Assembly: GCA_944377705.1 (NCBI GenBank) | Contig: CALWFS010000001.1 | Coordinates: 1-41,385, forward strand | DNA length: 41,385 bases | Direction: 5' to 3' | DNA from: an uncultured Mediterraneibacter sp. | GTDB lineage: Bacteria; Bacillota; Clostridia; Lachnospirales; Lachnospiraceae | In this document: positions 28,297 through 37,265 of the stretch, piece by piece | How the letters are laid out: the number at the start of each line of letters is the position of its first letter | Position numbering within the stretch: position 1 is the stretch's first letter | Notes under the pieces: generated by a model | What the model saw: the letters and a program-made list of their open reading frames with translations, nothing else | Database searches by the model: none | Told to the model about the DNA's origin: nothing | Position numbers and translations under genes: made by a program

Positions 28297-29073
28297 CTAT
28301 CCTTCGAGTATTTTCACAAACCATTCTTTTGACTTCCTGATCAGCTCAGGTGAATCCTCCCCAAAGTATTCAAATGTCACATACCCGTCATATCCATCCT
28401 GTTTCAACGCCTTGATCAATGGTATAAAATCTACATCGCCCTCGTTCAGCGGCACACACTCATGTGATGTCCAGAGCAAGTTTTTAAAATGATAGTGTAC
28501 ACTGTATTTTTTAAGTGTGTCATATGCATCCATCATTTCAAGTCCGGATGGATAAAAATTAAATCCGTCAAAGATCAGCCTGACCGCAGGATCCTTTACT
28601 GCCCTCAAGATACGCAGGATCGAGTGGATCGTATCAGCTGGCTGGTAATAATGTGCCTCGATTCCCAGAGTTACCCCCTTTTCCCCGGCGTCTGCCGCCA
28701 GATCTTTCAGCGCATCGAAACACCTCATCCATTCTGCTTTCGTCACTTCACTGGAGCCTTTATCCCCCAGGAAAACTCTGACAATAGAGCACTTTAATGC
28801 AGCTGCATATGTTACACATCTGCGCGCCAGATCCATATTTTTTTCCAGCCCTTTTTCTTCAATTAAATTCAGATACGGTGAGATCACTATGCATTTCAGC
28901 CCTCGTTTTTCCAGAAGCTCTGTCAGATCAGCAAGAGTCTTTCCCTCCTCAAGGAATCGATCCACATGCCCGCTCCAGATTTCTATGCCGTCCATTCCCA
29001 GTTTTTCTGCAGTTTCCAGCACTTGTTCCACCGGCTGTTCCTTTGCCCATGTCGTACACATACTGTATTTCAT
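28297..29073 (-). CDS. Sugar phosphate isomerase/epimerase-family TIM-barrel protein
   Basis: GMDGIEIW, IEAH, FDGFN, HYHFKN, GYDGYVTFE metal-binding pattern. Confidence 0.8.
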   Translation of the reverse strand: MKYSMCTTWAKEQPVEQVLETAEKLGMDGIEIWSGHVDRFLEEGKTLADLTELLEKRGLKCIVISPYLNLIEEKGLEKNMDLARRCVTYAAALKCSIVRVFLGDKGSSEVTKAEWMRCFDALKDLAADAGEKGVTLGIEAHYYQPADTIHSILRILRAVKDPAVRLIFDGFNFYPSGLEMMDAYDTLKKYSVHYHFKNLLWTSHECVPLNEGDVDFIPLIKALKQDGYDGYVTFEYFGEDSPELIRKSKEWFVKILEG

Positions 29074-29118
29074 AATTAAACTCCTTCCGATTTTATTTCA
29101 TGGTTATCCCAAGGCTCT

Positions 29119-30126
29119 CTATGCCATTGTCTTCAATGACGCCTCGGATATCTCATACCTCAGTTTCGCGCCGTGTGCATATCTGCGCGCTTCCTCAGCG
29201 ATATACTGTCCGATCCGTCCGATTTCTTTTCCCATACTTCCTGCGATATGGGTAGTCAGGATAATATTCTCCTGCTTATAGAGCTCACTGTCTGCTTTCG
29301 GCGGTTCAGGGTCTGTCACATCCAGAACCGCGGTTCTCGAAGGCACCTCTTTCATAGCACGTACCAGATCATCCTCTGCGATCTGAGAGCCGCGTCCCGT
29401 ATTGATAAGCGTAGCGTATGGTTTCATCCTGCTCAGAAGGTCGTAACTGATCATTCCTTCCGTCTCTGGAAGCTGCGCTACATGGTTGGATATTACATCG
29501 CAGCTTTCAAAAATCTCTTCAAGGCTGTGTCGCTGAGTTCCCAGCGCTTCAGCCCGTTCTTCAGTAAGCCAGGGATCGTATGCCCAAACTTCCATCTCAT
29601 GAGAATGAAGCAGGGATATAACCTGTGAACCGACAGCTCCTACTCCGAGAATGCCCGCTTTTGCTCCGTAATTACCGCAGAAACTGTCCGAGTAATCTCT
29701 CGCTCTGTCATAGTCCGCTCTCATACGTCTGACATTCTGGAAGAAGCCTTTATTTGCCAGCACGATCTGAGCCGCTGCATACTCCGCTACCGGCACGCCG
29801 TTTGCTGCCCAGCCGCTCACCACCCGTACCCCGCATTCCATGAATGGCCTTGCAAAATACTGCACGCTGCCCGCCGCATAGAAAAGAATCTTGAGGTTAG
29901 GAAAGTATTGGCGTATCTGCTCCACTGTCAGCTCCGGCATCCACCAGCTTGCAAAGACAGCCTCAGCCGCCTCCAATTCCTCTGCGTGCTTATCTATCTG
30001 CAGACTGCTGATCGGCATGGGAAACAACTCATATTCTTTTTCAATTTCTTTCTTTACCTCTTCCGGATATGCCCGATCCAGATAGCAGGATCTGCCTTCC
30101 GCATACAGCATAACCGCCTTTCTCAT
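29119..30126 (-). CDS. D-2-hydroxyacid dehydrogenase-family protein
   Basis: GVGAVG, YDP, INTGRG, LDVTDPEP, HIAG; start at ATG 30126. Confidence 0.88.
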   Translation of the reverse strand: MRKAVMLYAEGRSCYLDRAYPEEVKKEIEKEYELFPMPISSLQIDKHAEELEAAEAVFASWWMPELTVEQIRQYFPNLKILFYAAGSVQYFARPFMECGVRVVSGWAANGVPVAEYAAAQIVLANKGFFQNVRRMRADYDRARDYSDSFCGNYGAKAGILGVGAVGSQVISLLHSHEMEVWAYDPWLTEERAEALGTQRHSLEEIFESCDVISNHVAQLPETEGMISYDLLSRMKPYATLINTGRGSQIAEDDLVRAMKEVPSRTAVLDVTDPEPPKADSELYKQENIILTTHIAGSMGKEIGRIGQYIAEEARRYAHGAKLRYEISEASLKTMA

Positions 30127-30127
30127 A

Positions 30128-30910
30128 TCACACCAGCTCCTCACTTTCTTTCAGTCTTTTCAACACATTCAAGCTTTCCACGGCATCCTTTTCAAATCGG
30201 GAAGTCACTCCTTCCACACTGAGATATCCTCTGTACCCCACCTCTCTGAGCGCTCCCAGAAATTTTCGGCACAGTTCTTCATCTTTGCCGGATGGAAATC
30301 TGCGGTCAGCGCCACATGCAATATGGCAATGTTCAAGACAGGGCGCTGCATCAATCAGTACGTCCACACTCTCCATCTCTATCTGCATATGATAGTAATC
30401 TGCCAGAAGACGGACTGACTTATCCCCGACCTCGCGGACCATCTCCGCCCCCTCAGCTACCGTATTCAGAAGATCTGTCTCTCCATGGTTCAACGGCTCA
30501 AGCACGATCTTCAGCCCATATTCCCCTGCAATGGCGCCGAACATTCGGCAGACCTCCTCCATCTGTCTCCACGCTTCATCTCTGCTCATACCGTCCGGTA
30601 TTCTCCTGGCGCCTCCGCTTCCGAAAACAACAACTGTCCCTCCGATATCTGCCGCTCTTTTAAGCGCATTTTCTGCATATTCTTTCAACTGCTTCCTGTC
30701 AGCCTTCTGGCCGAGTATTTTCATTTCTCCCGGCAAGAGCAGGTTAAATGCCCTGCACGGGATCCCTGCCCGCTCAATCGTTTTCCGGGCGACACTGAAT
30801 TCCTTTTCCGACAGAGCCGCCAGAGTGCACAAAGGAAGTTCTATATAGTCATAGCCTGCTTTTGCTGCATATGAAGCCTGGTCTATTCCCGCGCAAATAC
30901 CAATCTCCAT
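30128..30910 (-). CDS. Sugar phosphate isomerase/epimerase-family TIM-barrel protein
   Basis: GYDYIE, FGSGGAR, LEPLNHGET, DYYHM, HCHIA, GYRGYLSVE. Confidence 0.85.
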   Translation of the reverse strand: MEIGICAGIDQASYAAKAGYDYIELPLCTLAALSEKEFSVARKTIERAGIPCRAFNLLLPGEMKILGQKADRKQLKEYAENALKRAADIGGTVVVFGSGGARRIPDGMSRDEAWRQMEEVCRMFGAIAGEYGLKIVLEPLNHGETDLLNTVAEGAEMVREVGDKSVRLLADYYHMQIEMESVDVLIDAAPCLEHCHIACGADRRFPSGKDEELCRKFLGALREVGYRGYLSVEGVTSRFEKDAVESLNVLKRLKESEELV

Positions 30911-30954
30911 CTTTTTCCTCCTTCCCGGATCTTCTCGGTTTATATCTTAAGTGC

Positions 30955-32181
30955 TTACTTTTCTGTGGCATTCCCGATGATTTGTTCGGCGTCCAGCGCA
31001 AGTGCTCCGGATGGGCACGCGTTAAAACAGTACCCGCATCCGATACATTTCTTCGTCTTTACCGCAATATGTTCTTTGAGCTCTATGCCCTCATACCAGC
31101 AGGCCTCCACACACCTTCCGCATCCCGTGCACTTCTCAGGATCAGGCGTCTCGAGCATGTAAGCGCGGCCAAGTGCCTTCGTACGCTTTACGGACTTTTC
31201 TTCAGGCATAGAAAACAAGGCCAGCGCTGTTCCTTTTAACTCTGAAACAGTCCGATATCCCTTTCTGTCCATCCACGCATTCAGTTCCCGGATCAGCCCT
31301 TTTACTGTATCCGGTCCCGCACAGCAGGCAATGCTCCCAAGCTGCACCATCTCGCTCCCTGCCATGATCATTTTTGCCGCTGCTTCCCAGTTATAGATTC
31401 CTCCTCCGGCATACATTGGGGTCTCAATGCCATTGGTTCGCGCTTCAGCAACTGTAAAGCAGATTACAGGCAGAGCACCTGACGTCCCATATCCGCTTCC
31501 CGGACGCGGCAGGGTCCGCTCCCAGTCCAGTTCAAAAGCAAACCCTCTCCAGCGGGCTGTCGGACCGATCGCATCAGCGCCTCCGAACACCGCCGCTTCC
31601 ATTGCGCGCAGCGGGTCGCATGCTTCTACCGGAAGTTTCACCATTACAGGAATCTTAACCGCTGATTTTATATTTTTCGTAGTATTATAAATCATCCTGT
31701 AAAAATCATAGACTCTGTTTCTCACCACAGCTACGCCGGGCGTATTAAAATGAAGTTCCACGGCGTCCGCCCCCGCCCGCTCCATTTCCTGAGCCTGCCG
31801 GTGCCATTCGTTTTCCCAGTCCAAACCGCCGGCTTCTGTATCCAGAAAATGTCCGATCGACGCCCACAGGCGTACAGAATCCGGCATTTTCTTTCTGGCT
31901 TTATGCAGTCCTTCGCAGTAGCTTTCCAAAGAATCGAATGAATCCTTGATCTGCGTGCCTTCCGCGTGGCTCTGTATAACAGGGCGTCCGGCAGCCATAT
32001 CGTCAAGAGACGGATAGATATATGAACCGCCCCCTGCACCATGTCCGAAATTTCTCATGACCACAGCCCCGGGCATGGCCTGTGAACTCTTTACCACAGC
32101 CGCAACTCCCTGGGTTGCCGGACTGCTTGCTATTACAAATGGATTCTCCATCCCAAATTTTTCTATTCTTAAATCTGCCAT
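30955..32181 (-). CDS. Dihydroorotate/dihydropyrimidine dehydrogenase (PreA-like) FMN protein with 2x[4Fe-4S] ferredoxin domain
   Basis: NPFVIASSP, PVMVKL, GGGIYNW, AGSEMVQLG; CTGCGRCVEAC and CIGCGYCFNACP. Confidence 0.8.
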   Translation of the reverse strand: MADLRIEKFGMENPFVIASSPATQGVAAVVKSSQAMPGAVVMRNFGHGAGGGSYIYPSLDDMAAGRPVIQSHAEGTQIKDSFDSLESYCEGLHKARKKMPDSVRLWASIGHFLDTEAGGLDWENEWHRQAQEMERAGADAVELHFNTPGVAVVRNRVYDFYRMIYNTTKNIKSAVKIPVMVKLPVEACDPLRAMEAAVFGGADAIGPTARWRGFAFELDWERTLPRPGSGYGTSGALPVICFTVAEARTNGIETPMYAGGGIYNWEAAAKMIMAGSEMVQLGSIACCAGPDTVKGLIRELNAWMDRKGYRTVSELKGTALALFSMPEEKSVKRTKALGRAYMLETPDPEKCTGCGRCVEACWYEGIELKEHIAVKTKKCIGCGYCFNACPSGALALDAEQIIGNATEK

Positions 32182-32211
32182 TTTTATGTCTCCCTCCTTC
32201 TGATCTGTCTA

Positions 32212-34260
32212 TCAGTCCTGTTCCTCTGCCATACAGTCATCTTCTGTAAAACGTAGTTTCCACACAGATCGGCCGCTCTCTATACAGAGCTCCTCATCAT
32301 CCCGGCCCGTAAGGACGGCCTTCCTGACAATGCCCTCCTTTGCGATAATCGTTACAAGCCGAAGAGGCATTTCGCATGTGCATTCAAATATCAGCTGGGG
32401 TGCTGGCTCTTTCTCTGCATATCCCCATGACACCCAGCCCCCGATAGGATTCTGGCTGCCGCAGTACATTGCAGCAGTAAGTCCCATGTGAACTGCCGTC
32501 TGCAGTTCCATCACCAGGTTTCCGCTCTTGTAAATATATTTTTCTGCCTCCTTCACACAGCGCAGTTCTCCCGGGGCAAAGTTAAAGTACTGGCGAATCC
32601 TGTGTATCCCGGTCCCGGTCAAACGGTCCTCGACTACCCAGACATCCGGTTTCAGCCACACAACACTCCTTTTATGAAAAACAGGTTCCTCCATATATGC
32701 ATAGCCATTGTGGGAAACAACCAATCTGTCATACTTATCTCCGTTCTCAAATCTATGGCAGAACAGGCGTACTCCTCTCGCTGTCGGGATCACGTCCGGA
32801 TGCTCTCCCAGCACATGATCATCTACGAGGATTGTATTGTGTGCCGCAGTAGATGAAAAATAAATTCTCCAATCAAACTGACTTTCAGAATTATAGAGGT
32901 ACCTTCCTGTATCAACCAGCACATCCTGTCCTTCTACGTGAAGCTCCAGATGCCCCGCATCATAGTGAGAATGTACACTGTTCTCGCCCCGCTCCAGAAT
33001 CGTACCGCTTACCAAAAAATACGAATCCTTTCTGTCAAATCCGGAACGGAAAATATAGTATCCCGCGTCAGGAAAAGCGGTACATTTCTCTGTTGGTGGT
33101 CTGCCCTCTTTTCCGCAGGAAGCAAAAAATCTGAAATCTTCACGTCCGGTAATCTCTGCCATTGCCCGGAAGAATGCTCGCAGCTCATTTTCATCCGCCG
33201 GGTCCGTTGTATTATTCATTCCTTCATATACAGAGGTATCAGACCGAAGTGTCACAAGAGAATTCCTGTCAGCATCTCCGATCATTGGGGTAGACAGGTC
33301 AGGCTTCATCAGTTTTGCTATAAAATCGGCCGCCCGTTCCAGGATTGGCAGCATATACGGAGGTGTCCAGATATTGTTTTTTACAGCCAGCCTGTATACC
33401 TGTAAAAATGCTCCTGCTGCCGTCAGATGATAAATTGGCGTGCGTTCGATATGTATGCCGTTATGGTCAAACTGATAACGCACATCATTCATAGCCCGGC
33501 GGTATCCTGTTTCTCTCCATTTTTTACTTTGCTTAAATTCCGGCAGCATTACTCCCAGAGAGAACAATGCTGTGCTTTCCATGGTATCCCAGTTGCTGCA
33601 TTTAGAATGACAGCTGTAATGTTCCATAAGAAACTCCCCGTGGTCCGCCAGCGCATTAAGAAATAACACCCAGGCGGATGTATCAAAAGAGGGCGACTTT
33701 CTTATAAACATCATCAACGGAAGCCATACAGCGTACACACGAATCGCTGCCTCGATCGTCCTCCATGCATTTGCAGGATATTTCATATCAGTAAGCTCCC
33801 CGTATGTCCCGATCTTTCCCAGAAATTCCTCCACAGGCCAGCTGGTGATAAATCCCTTCATCTGCGAGACCAGTTCTCTGACATATTTTTCATCCCCGGT
33901 CATCGCATAGGCACGTCCCAGAGGCGGCCAGAATATCTGTCTTGCAAGGGACCACATCCATTCCGGATCCATAGTGGTATCCGCGCTGGCATTATACCGC
34001 CAGTCAATCTCTTCTCCCAGGTCAATGCCCAGGATCTTATGCCGGCAGATCTCCTCTGCCTCGTTTATGATCGCTTCATCAAATGTACGGTCAATCTCCT
34101 CTTCCTCAAACAGATAATGGGGCTCTGTACGGGTTCTGAAATGTGTGACCAGTTCTTCAACGGCTGCGTCCTTTTCGCCTTTTCTGACCAGAGCGGCCAC
34201 CCGTTCCATGCCCGGAGCCTCCAAGTCAAGACGCCTGATCAACGCCTCTTTTGTCAACAT
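32212..34260 (-). CDS. Heparinase II/III-family polysaccharide lyase (PL12-like), no signal peptide
   Basis: WRTIEAAIR, SNW, ERTPIYH, PMIGD, HSHYDAG, LVDTGRYLY, STAAHNT. Confidence 0.85.
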   Translation of the reverse strand: MLTKEALIRRLDLEAPGMERVAALVRKGEKDAAVEELVTHFRTRTEPHYLFEEEEIDRTFDEAIINEAEEICRHKILGIDLGEEIDWRYNASADTTMDPEWMWSLARQIFWPPLGRAYAMTGDEKYVRELVSQMKGFITSWPVEEFLGKIGTYGELTDMKYPANAWRTIEAAIRVYAVWLPLMMFIRKSPSFDTSAWVLFLNALADHGEFLMEHYSCHSKCSNWDTMESTALFSLGVMLPEFKQSKKWRETGYRRAMNDVRYQFDHNGIHIERTPIYHLTAAGAFLQVYRLAVKNNIWTPPYMLPILERAADFIAKLMKPDLSTPMIGDADRNSLVTLRSDTSVYEGMNNTTDPADENELRAFFRAMAEITGREDFRFFASCGKEGRPPTEKCTAFPDAGYYIFRSGFDRKDSYFLVSGTILERGENSVHSHYDAGHLELHVEGQDVLVDTGRYLYNSESQFDWRIYFSSTAAHNTILVDDHVLGEHPDVIPTARGVRLFCHRFENGDKYDRLVVSHNGYAYMEEPVFHKRSVVWLKPDVWVVEDRLTGTGIHRIRQYFNFAPGELRCVKEAEKYIYKSGNLVMELQTAVHMGLTAAMYCGSQNPIGGWVSWGYAEKEPAPQLIFECTCEMPLRLVTIIAKEGIVRKAVLTGRDDEELCIESGRSVWKLRFTEDDCMAEEQD

Positions 34261-35393
34261 CCTTCATACTCCTTTCCGCGTTTATAGCAGGAGTGTTCAA
34301 TCCTTGCATTTAGTTCTTTCAGGAACTCCTCTTCATCAGCCGGAAGATCAATCCAGCGTCCCGTCCATGCAGACAGATGGATCGCATTGGAAATCTCCAC
34401 TCCGTATATTCCTTCCCTGCCCGGTGCCAGAAGTTCTGTCCCATCCAGTATGGCATGCGCCCAGTTTCTCAGGATTCCCTGATGCTTCGTCTCTGTCCCT
34501 GTTCCTTTCACCTCACATACCTTACAGCCAGGCGCTCCGAAATTTTCAGTACATTGTTTCGTAAACTCACTCTCCGCCATATCAAGCTTCCAGAATTTCA
34601 GCACTCCGCCTTCTATTACAAGTTTCCCCTTATCCCCGGTCACTTCCAGTCTGTTTGTTCCCGGGGTTTCTCCTGTTGTCGTAATATATACTCCCGTAGC
34701 GCCGTTTGCATACCTTGCCAATACGGTCACATCGTCCTCAACTTCTATGTTGTGATACTTCCCGTTATCACAAATGGCGAACAGTTTGGCAGGCATTCCG
34801 CAGATCCACTGCCACAGGTCCAGATTGTGAGGATTCTGATTCAGAAGGACACCTCCGCCCTCTCCTGCCCAGGTGGCCCGCCAGCCGCCGCTGTCATAAT
34901 AGCACTGTGGACGGTACCAGTCCGTAATGATCCAGTTTGTCCTTCTTAATTCTCCTAACTCGCCGCCCTCAATCATTTCTTTCATTTTTGCATAAAGCGG
35001 ATTTGTTCTCTGATTAAACATTACTCCGAACACTTTTCCACTTTTTTCTGCCGCTTTATTTAATTCTCGCACCTGTCTGGCATAAACTCCTGCCGGTTTC
35101 TCCACCATAACGTGAAGCCCCGCTTTCAGCGCTTTCTCAGCCAGAACAGGATGCATAAAATGCGGAGTGCTTATCAATGCGGCGTCTACTATCCCGCTTT
35201 GGAACATTGCTTCCGCGTCCTTGAAAACTGCCGCTTTTCCTTCCGTCAGTATCTCCGCTGCCTTTCTTTTTGCGGGGTCAGTGTCGCATACCGCACACAG
35301 ACGGATCTCTTCTACTTCTCCTTTCATCAGATATCTGGCGTGATAACTTCCCTGTACGCCCATCCCGACGATCCCAAGTCTTATCTGACGCAT
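34254..35393 (-). CDS. Gfo/Idh/MocA-family NAD-dependent oxidoreductase
   Basis: GIVGMG, VEKPAG, FNQR, WRATWAGEGGGVLLNQNPHNLD; start at ATG 35393. Confidence 0.9.
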   Translation of the reverse strand: MRQIRLGIVGMGVQGSYHARYLMKGEVEEIRLCAVCDTDPAKRKAAEILTEGKAAVFKDAEAMFQSGIVDAALISTPHFMHPVLAEKALKAGLHVMVEKPAGVYARQVRELNKAAEKSGKVFGVMFNQRTNPLYAKMKEMIEGGELGELRRTNWIITDWYRPQCYYDSGGWRATWAGEGGGVLLNQNPHNLDLWQWICGMPAKLFAICDNGKYHNIEVEDDVTVLARYANGATGVYITTTGETPGTNRLEVTGDKGKLVIEGGVLKFWKLDMAESEFTKQCTENFGAPGCKVCEVKGTGTETKHQGILRNWAHAILDGTELLAPGREGIYGVEISNAIHLSAWTGRWIDLPADEEEFLKELNARIEHSCYKRGKEYEGC

Positions 35394-35427
35394 ATTTTCC
35401 CTCTCTTCCCGTATTTCAGACTCATTG

Positions 35428-36273
35428 TTAATCTTTAATTCCTGTAGATGCAATTCCCTCCACAAAATATCTCTGTCCTGCGAAGAACAATACTACGCAC
35501 GGTATGATCGCGGTCAGTGACATGGCAAGTATAGGACTCCAGTCAATTGCCGCCTGCGAATCCAGAGACATGCGCAGCCCCAGCGCTACCGGATATTTGC
35601 TTACACTATTGATATAAATATTTACATTAAAGTAGTCATTCCAGATCCAGATAAACTGAAGGAGTCCCACAGCACAGACTGCCGGTTTGCACAATGGCAG
35701 CAGAATCTTCGTGAGAAGCGAAAACGAATTACATCCGTCAATACGCGCCGCTTCGTCCAGCTCTTTTGGCAGGCCCCGGAAATACTGCATCATCTGATAA
35801 GTGAAGAATGGGTAACACCCCAGCAGGGCAGGAATATAAAATGTCAAATATGTATTATTCCATCCCAGTTCCGTAAACAGGATATACCTGGGCACGATCA
35901 GAATCGCATTGGGAAGCATCAGCGTCGAGATGAGCAGGATCTTCAGCACCTTCTTACCGCGGAAGTTAAAACGGGCAAATCCATATCCGACAGAGATAGC
36001 TGATACGATCGTAAACAGCACTGTCGGCACTGTCAAAAGAAACGAATTAAGCAGAAATCGCCCGTATGTAAACTGACCGCTTCCCTGCCATCCCTTAATA
36101 TATGAATCAAAAGAAAAATGTGAAGGCAGCAGGGAGTTGGATCCAAATATCTCTGTATTTGTCTTAAATGTCGCAAAAAACAGCCAGACCAGAGGAAGCA
36201 GAGTAACAATGCCCACAATGACCAGAAAAACATATCTGCCGAAAACACCGAGTTTTGATTTCTTTCTAGACAT
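35428..36273 (-). CDS. Carbohydrate ABC transporter permease (MalG-like)
   Basis: Multiple TM helices; ELDEAARIDG EAA loop; GGAGG RBS before ATG 36273. Confidence 0.92.
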   Translation of the reverse strand: MSRKKSKLGVFGRYVFLVIVGIVTLLPLVWLFFATFKTNTEIFGSNSLLPSHFSFDSYIKGWQGSGQFTYGRFLLNSFLLTVPTVLFTIVSAISVGYGFARFNFRGKKVLKILLISTLMLPNAILIVPRYILFTELGWNNTYLTFYIPALLGCYPFFTYQMMQYFRGLPKELDEAARIDGCNSFSLLTKILLPLCKPAVCAVGLLQFIWIWNDYFNVNIYINSVSKYPVALGLRMSLDSQAAIDWSPILAMSLTAIIPCVVLFFAGQRYFVEGIASTGIKD

Positions 36274-37195
36274 CAAACACACCTCCGTCCTCGTAATAAA
36301 CCCACTTCTTTGATGTTGCAAACATGATAATGGTAAAGAGCAGAATCACGATAAATAAAATCCAGGAGAGCGCACATGCATATCCCATCCGCCAGTTACT
36401 GAAAGCTTCCTCATACAACTTCAGGCCATACAGATATGTCCCGTATACAGGACCGCCATGTGTGATGATGGCTGCCGAAGTATATTCCTGAAATGCATTT
36501 ATAGTCTGCATGATCACATTAAAGAAAATCGTCGGAGTAAGCATTGGCAGAGTAACCTTAAAGAAAATCCGAACTTTCCCTGCTCCGTCTATCTGTGCCG
36601 CTTCAGTCAGATTATAGGGAATCTGCTGAAGCCCGGCCAGAAACAGGATCATCGATGATCCAAACTGCCACATTGTCAGTATGCAGATTGTAAAAAGAGC
36701 CATTCCGGGAGTTCCATACCAGGAAATCGGATCTATTCCCACATTTCCCAGCAGATTATTGATAAATCCATCTTTGATGAACAGCGCTTTCCACAGAATT
36801 GCAATCGATATGCTGCCCGCCAGTATAGACGGTATGTAGAATGCGGCTCGGAAAAAGTTGATTCCTTTTAACTTCTGGTTCAGGATTACCGCGATAAACA
36901 GTGCAAATGCCAGCTTCAGCGGGACGGCTACAACTACATAGATCAGGGTTACCTTCACGGATTGGAAAAAATACGGATCTCTTGTAAAAATATCTATGTA
37001 ATTTTTAATACCGACCCAGTTAATATCTGTCCCCATAGAATAATCTGTAAAAGAATAGTAGAGGGAAGAGAGCATCGGATAAAGCTGTAAAGCGAGAAAT
37101 CCCAGAAGCCACGGCGCGATAAACAGCAGCCCCTTATTATCGTAATTCCTCTTTCTTTTTTTTACTAATGTTGTACTTTTGCTTCGTTTTGTCAT
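36266..37195 (-). CDS. Carbohydrate ABC transporter permease (MalF-like)
   Basis: TM helices; LAGLQQIP...EAAQIDGAG. Confidence 0.92.
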   Translation of the reverse strand: MTKRSKSTTLVKKRKRNYDNKGLLFIAPWLLGFLALQLYPMLSSLYYSFTDYSMGTDINWVGIKNYIDIFTRDPYFFQSVKVTLIYVVVAVPLKLAFALFIAVILNQKLKGINFFRAAFYIPSILAGSISIAILWKALFIKDGFINNLLGNVGIDPISWYGTPGMALFTICILTMWQFGSSMILFLAGLQQIPYNLTEAAQIDGAGKVRIFFKVTLPMLTPTIFFNVIMQTINAFQEYTSAAIITHGGPVYGTYLYGLKLYEEAFSNWRMGYACALSWILFIVILLFTIIMFATSKKWVYYEDGGVFDV

Positions 37196-37221
37196 TGCTA
37201 TATCCTCTTTAATAAATGTTT

Positions 37222-37258
37222 AGGAGAAGAGAGCAGCCTGATCCGGGCTGCCTCTCCT
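37222..37258 (-). promoter_or_regulatory. Intercistronic stem-loop after the solute-binding protein gene
   Basis: GAGAGGCAGCCCGG...CAGGCTGCTCTC hairpin between binding-protein and permease genes; likely mRNA stabiliser or partial terminator. Confidence 0.5.
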
Positions 37259-37265
37259 TTCATTT

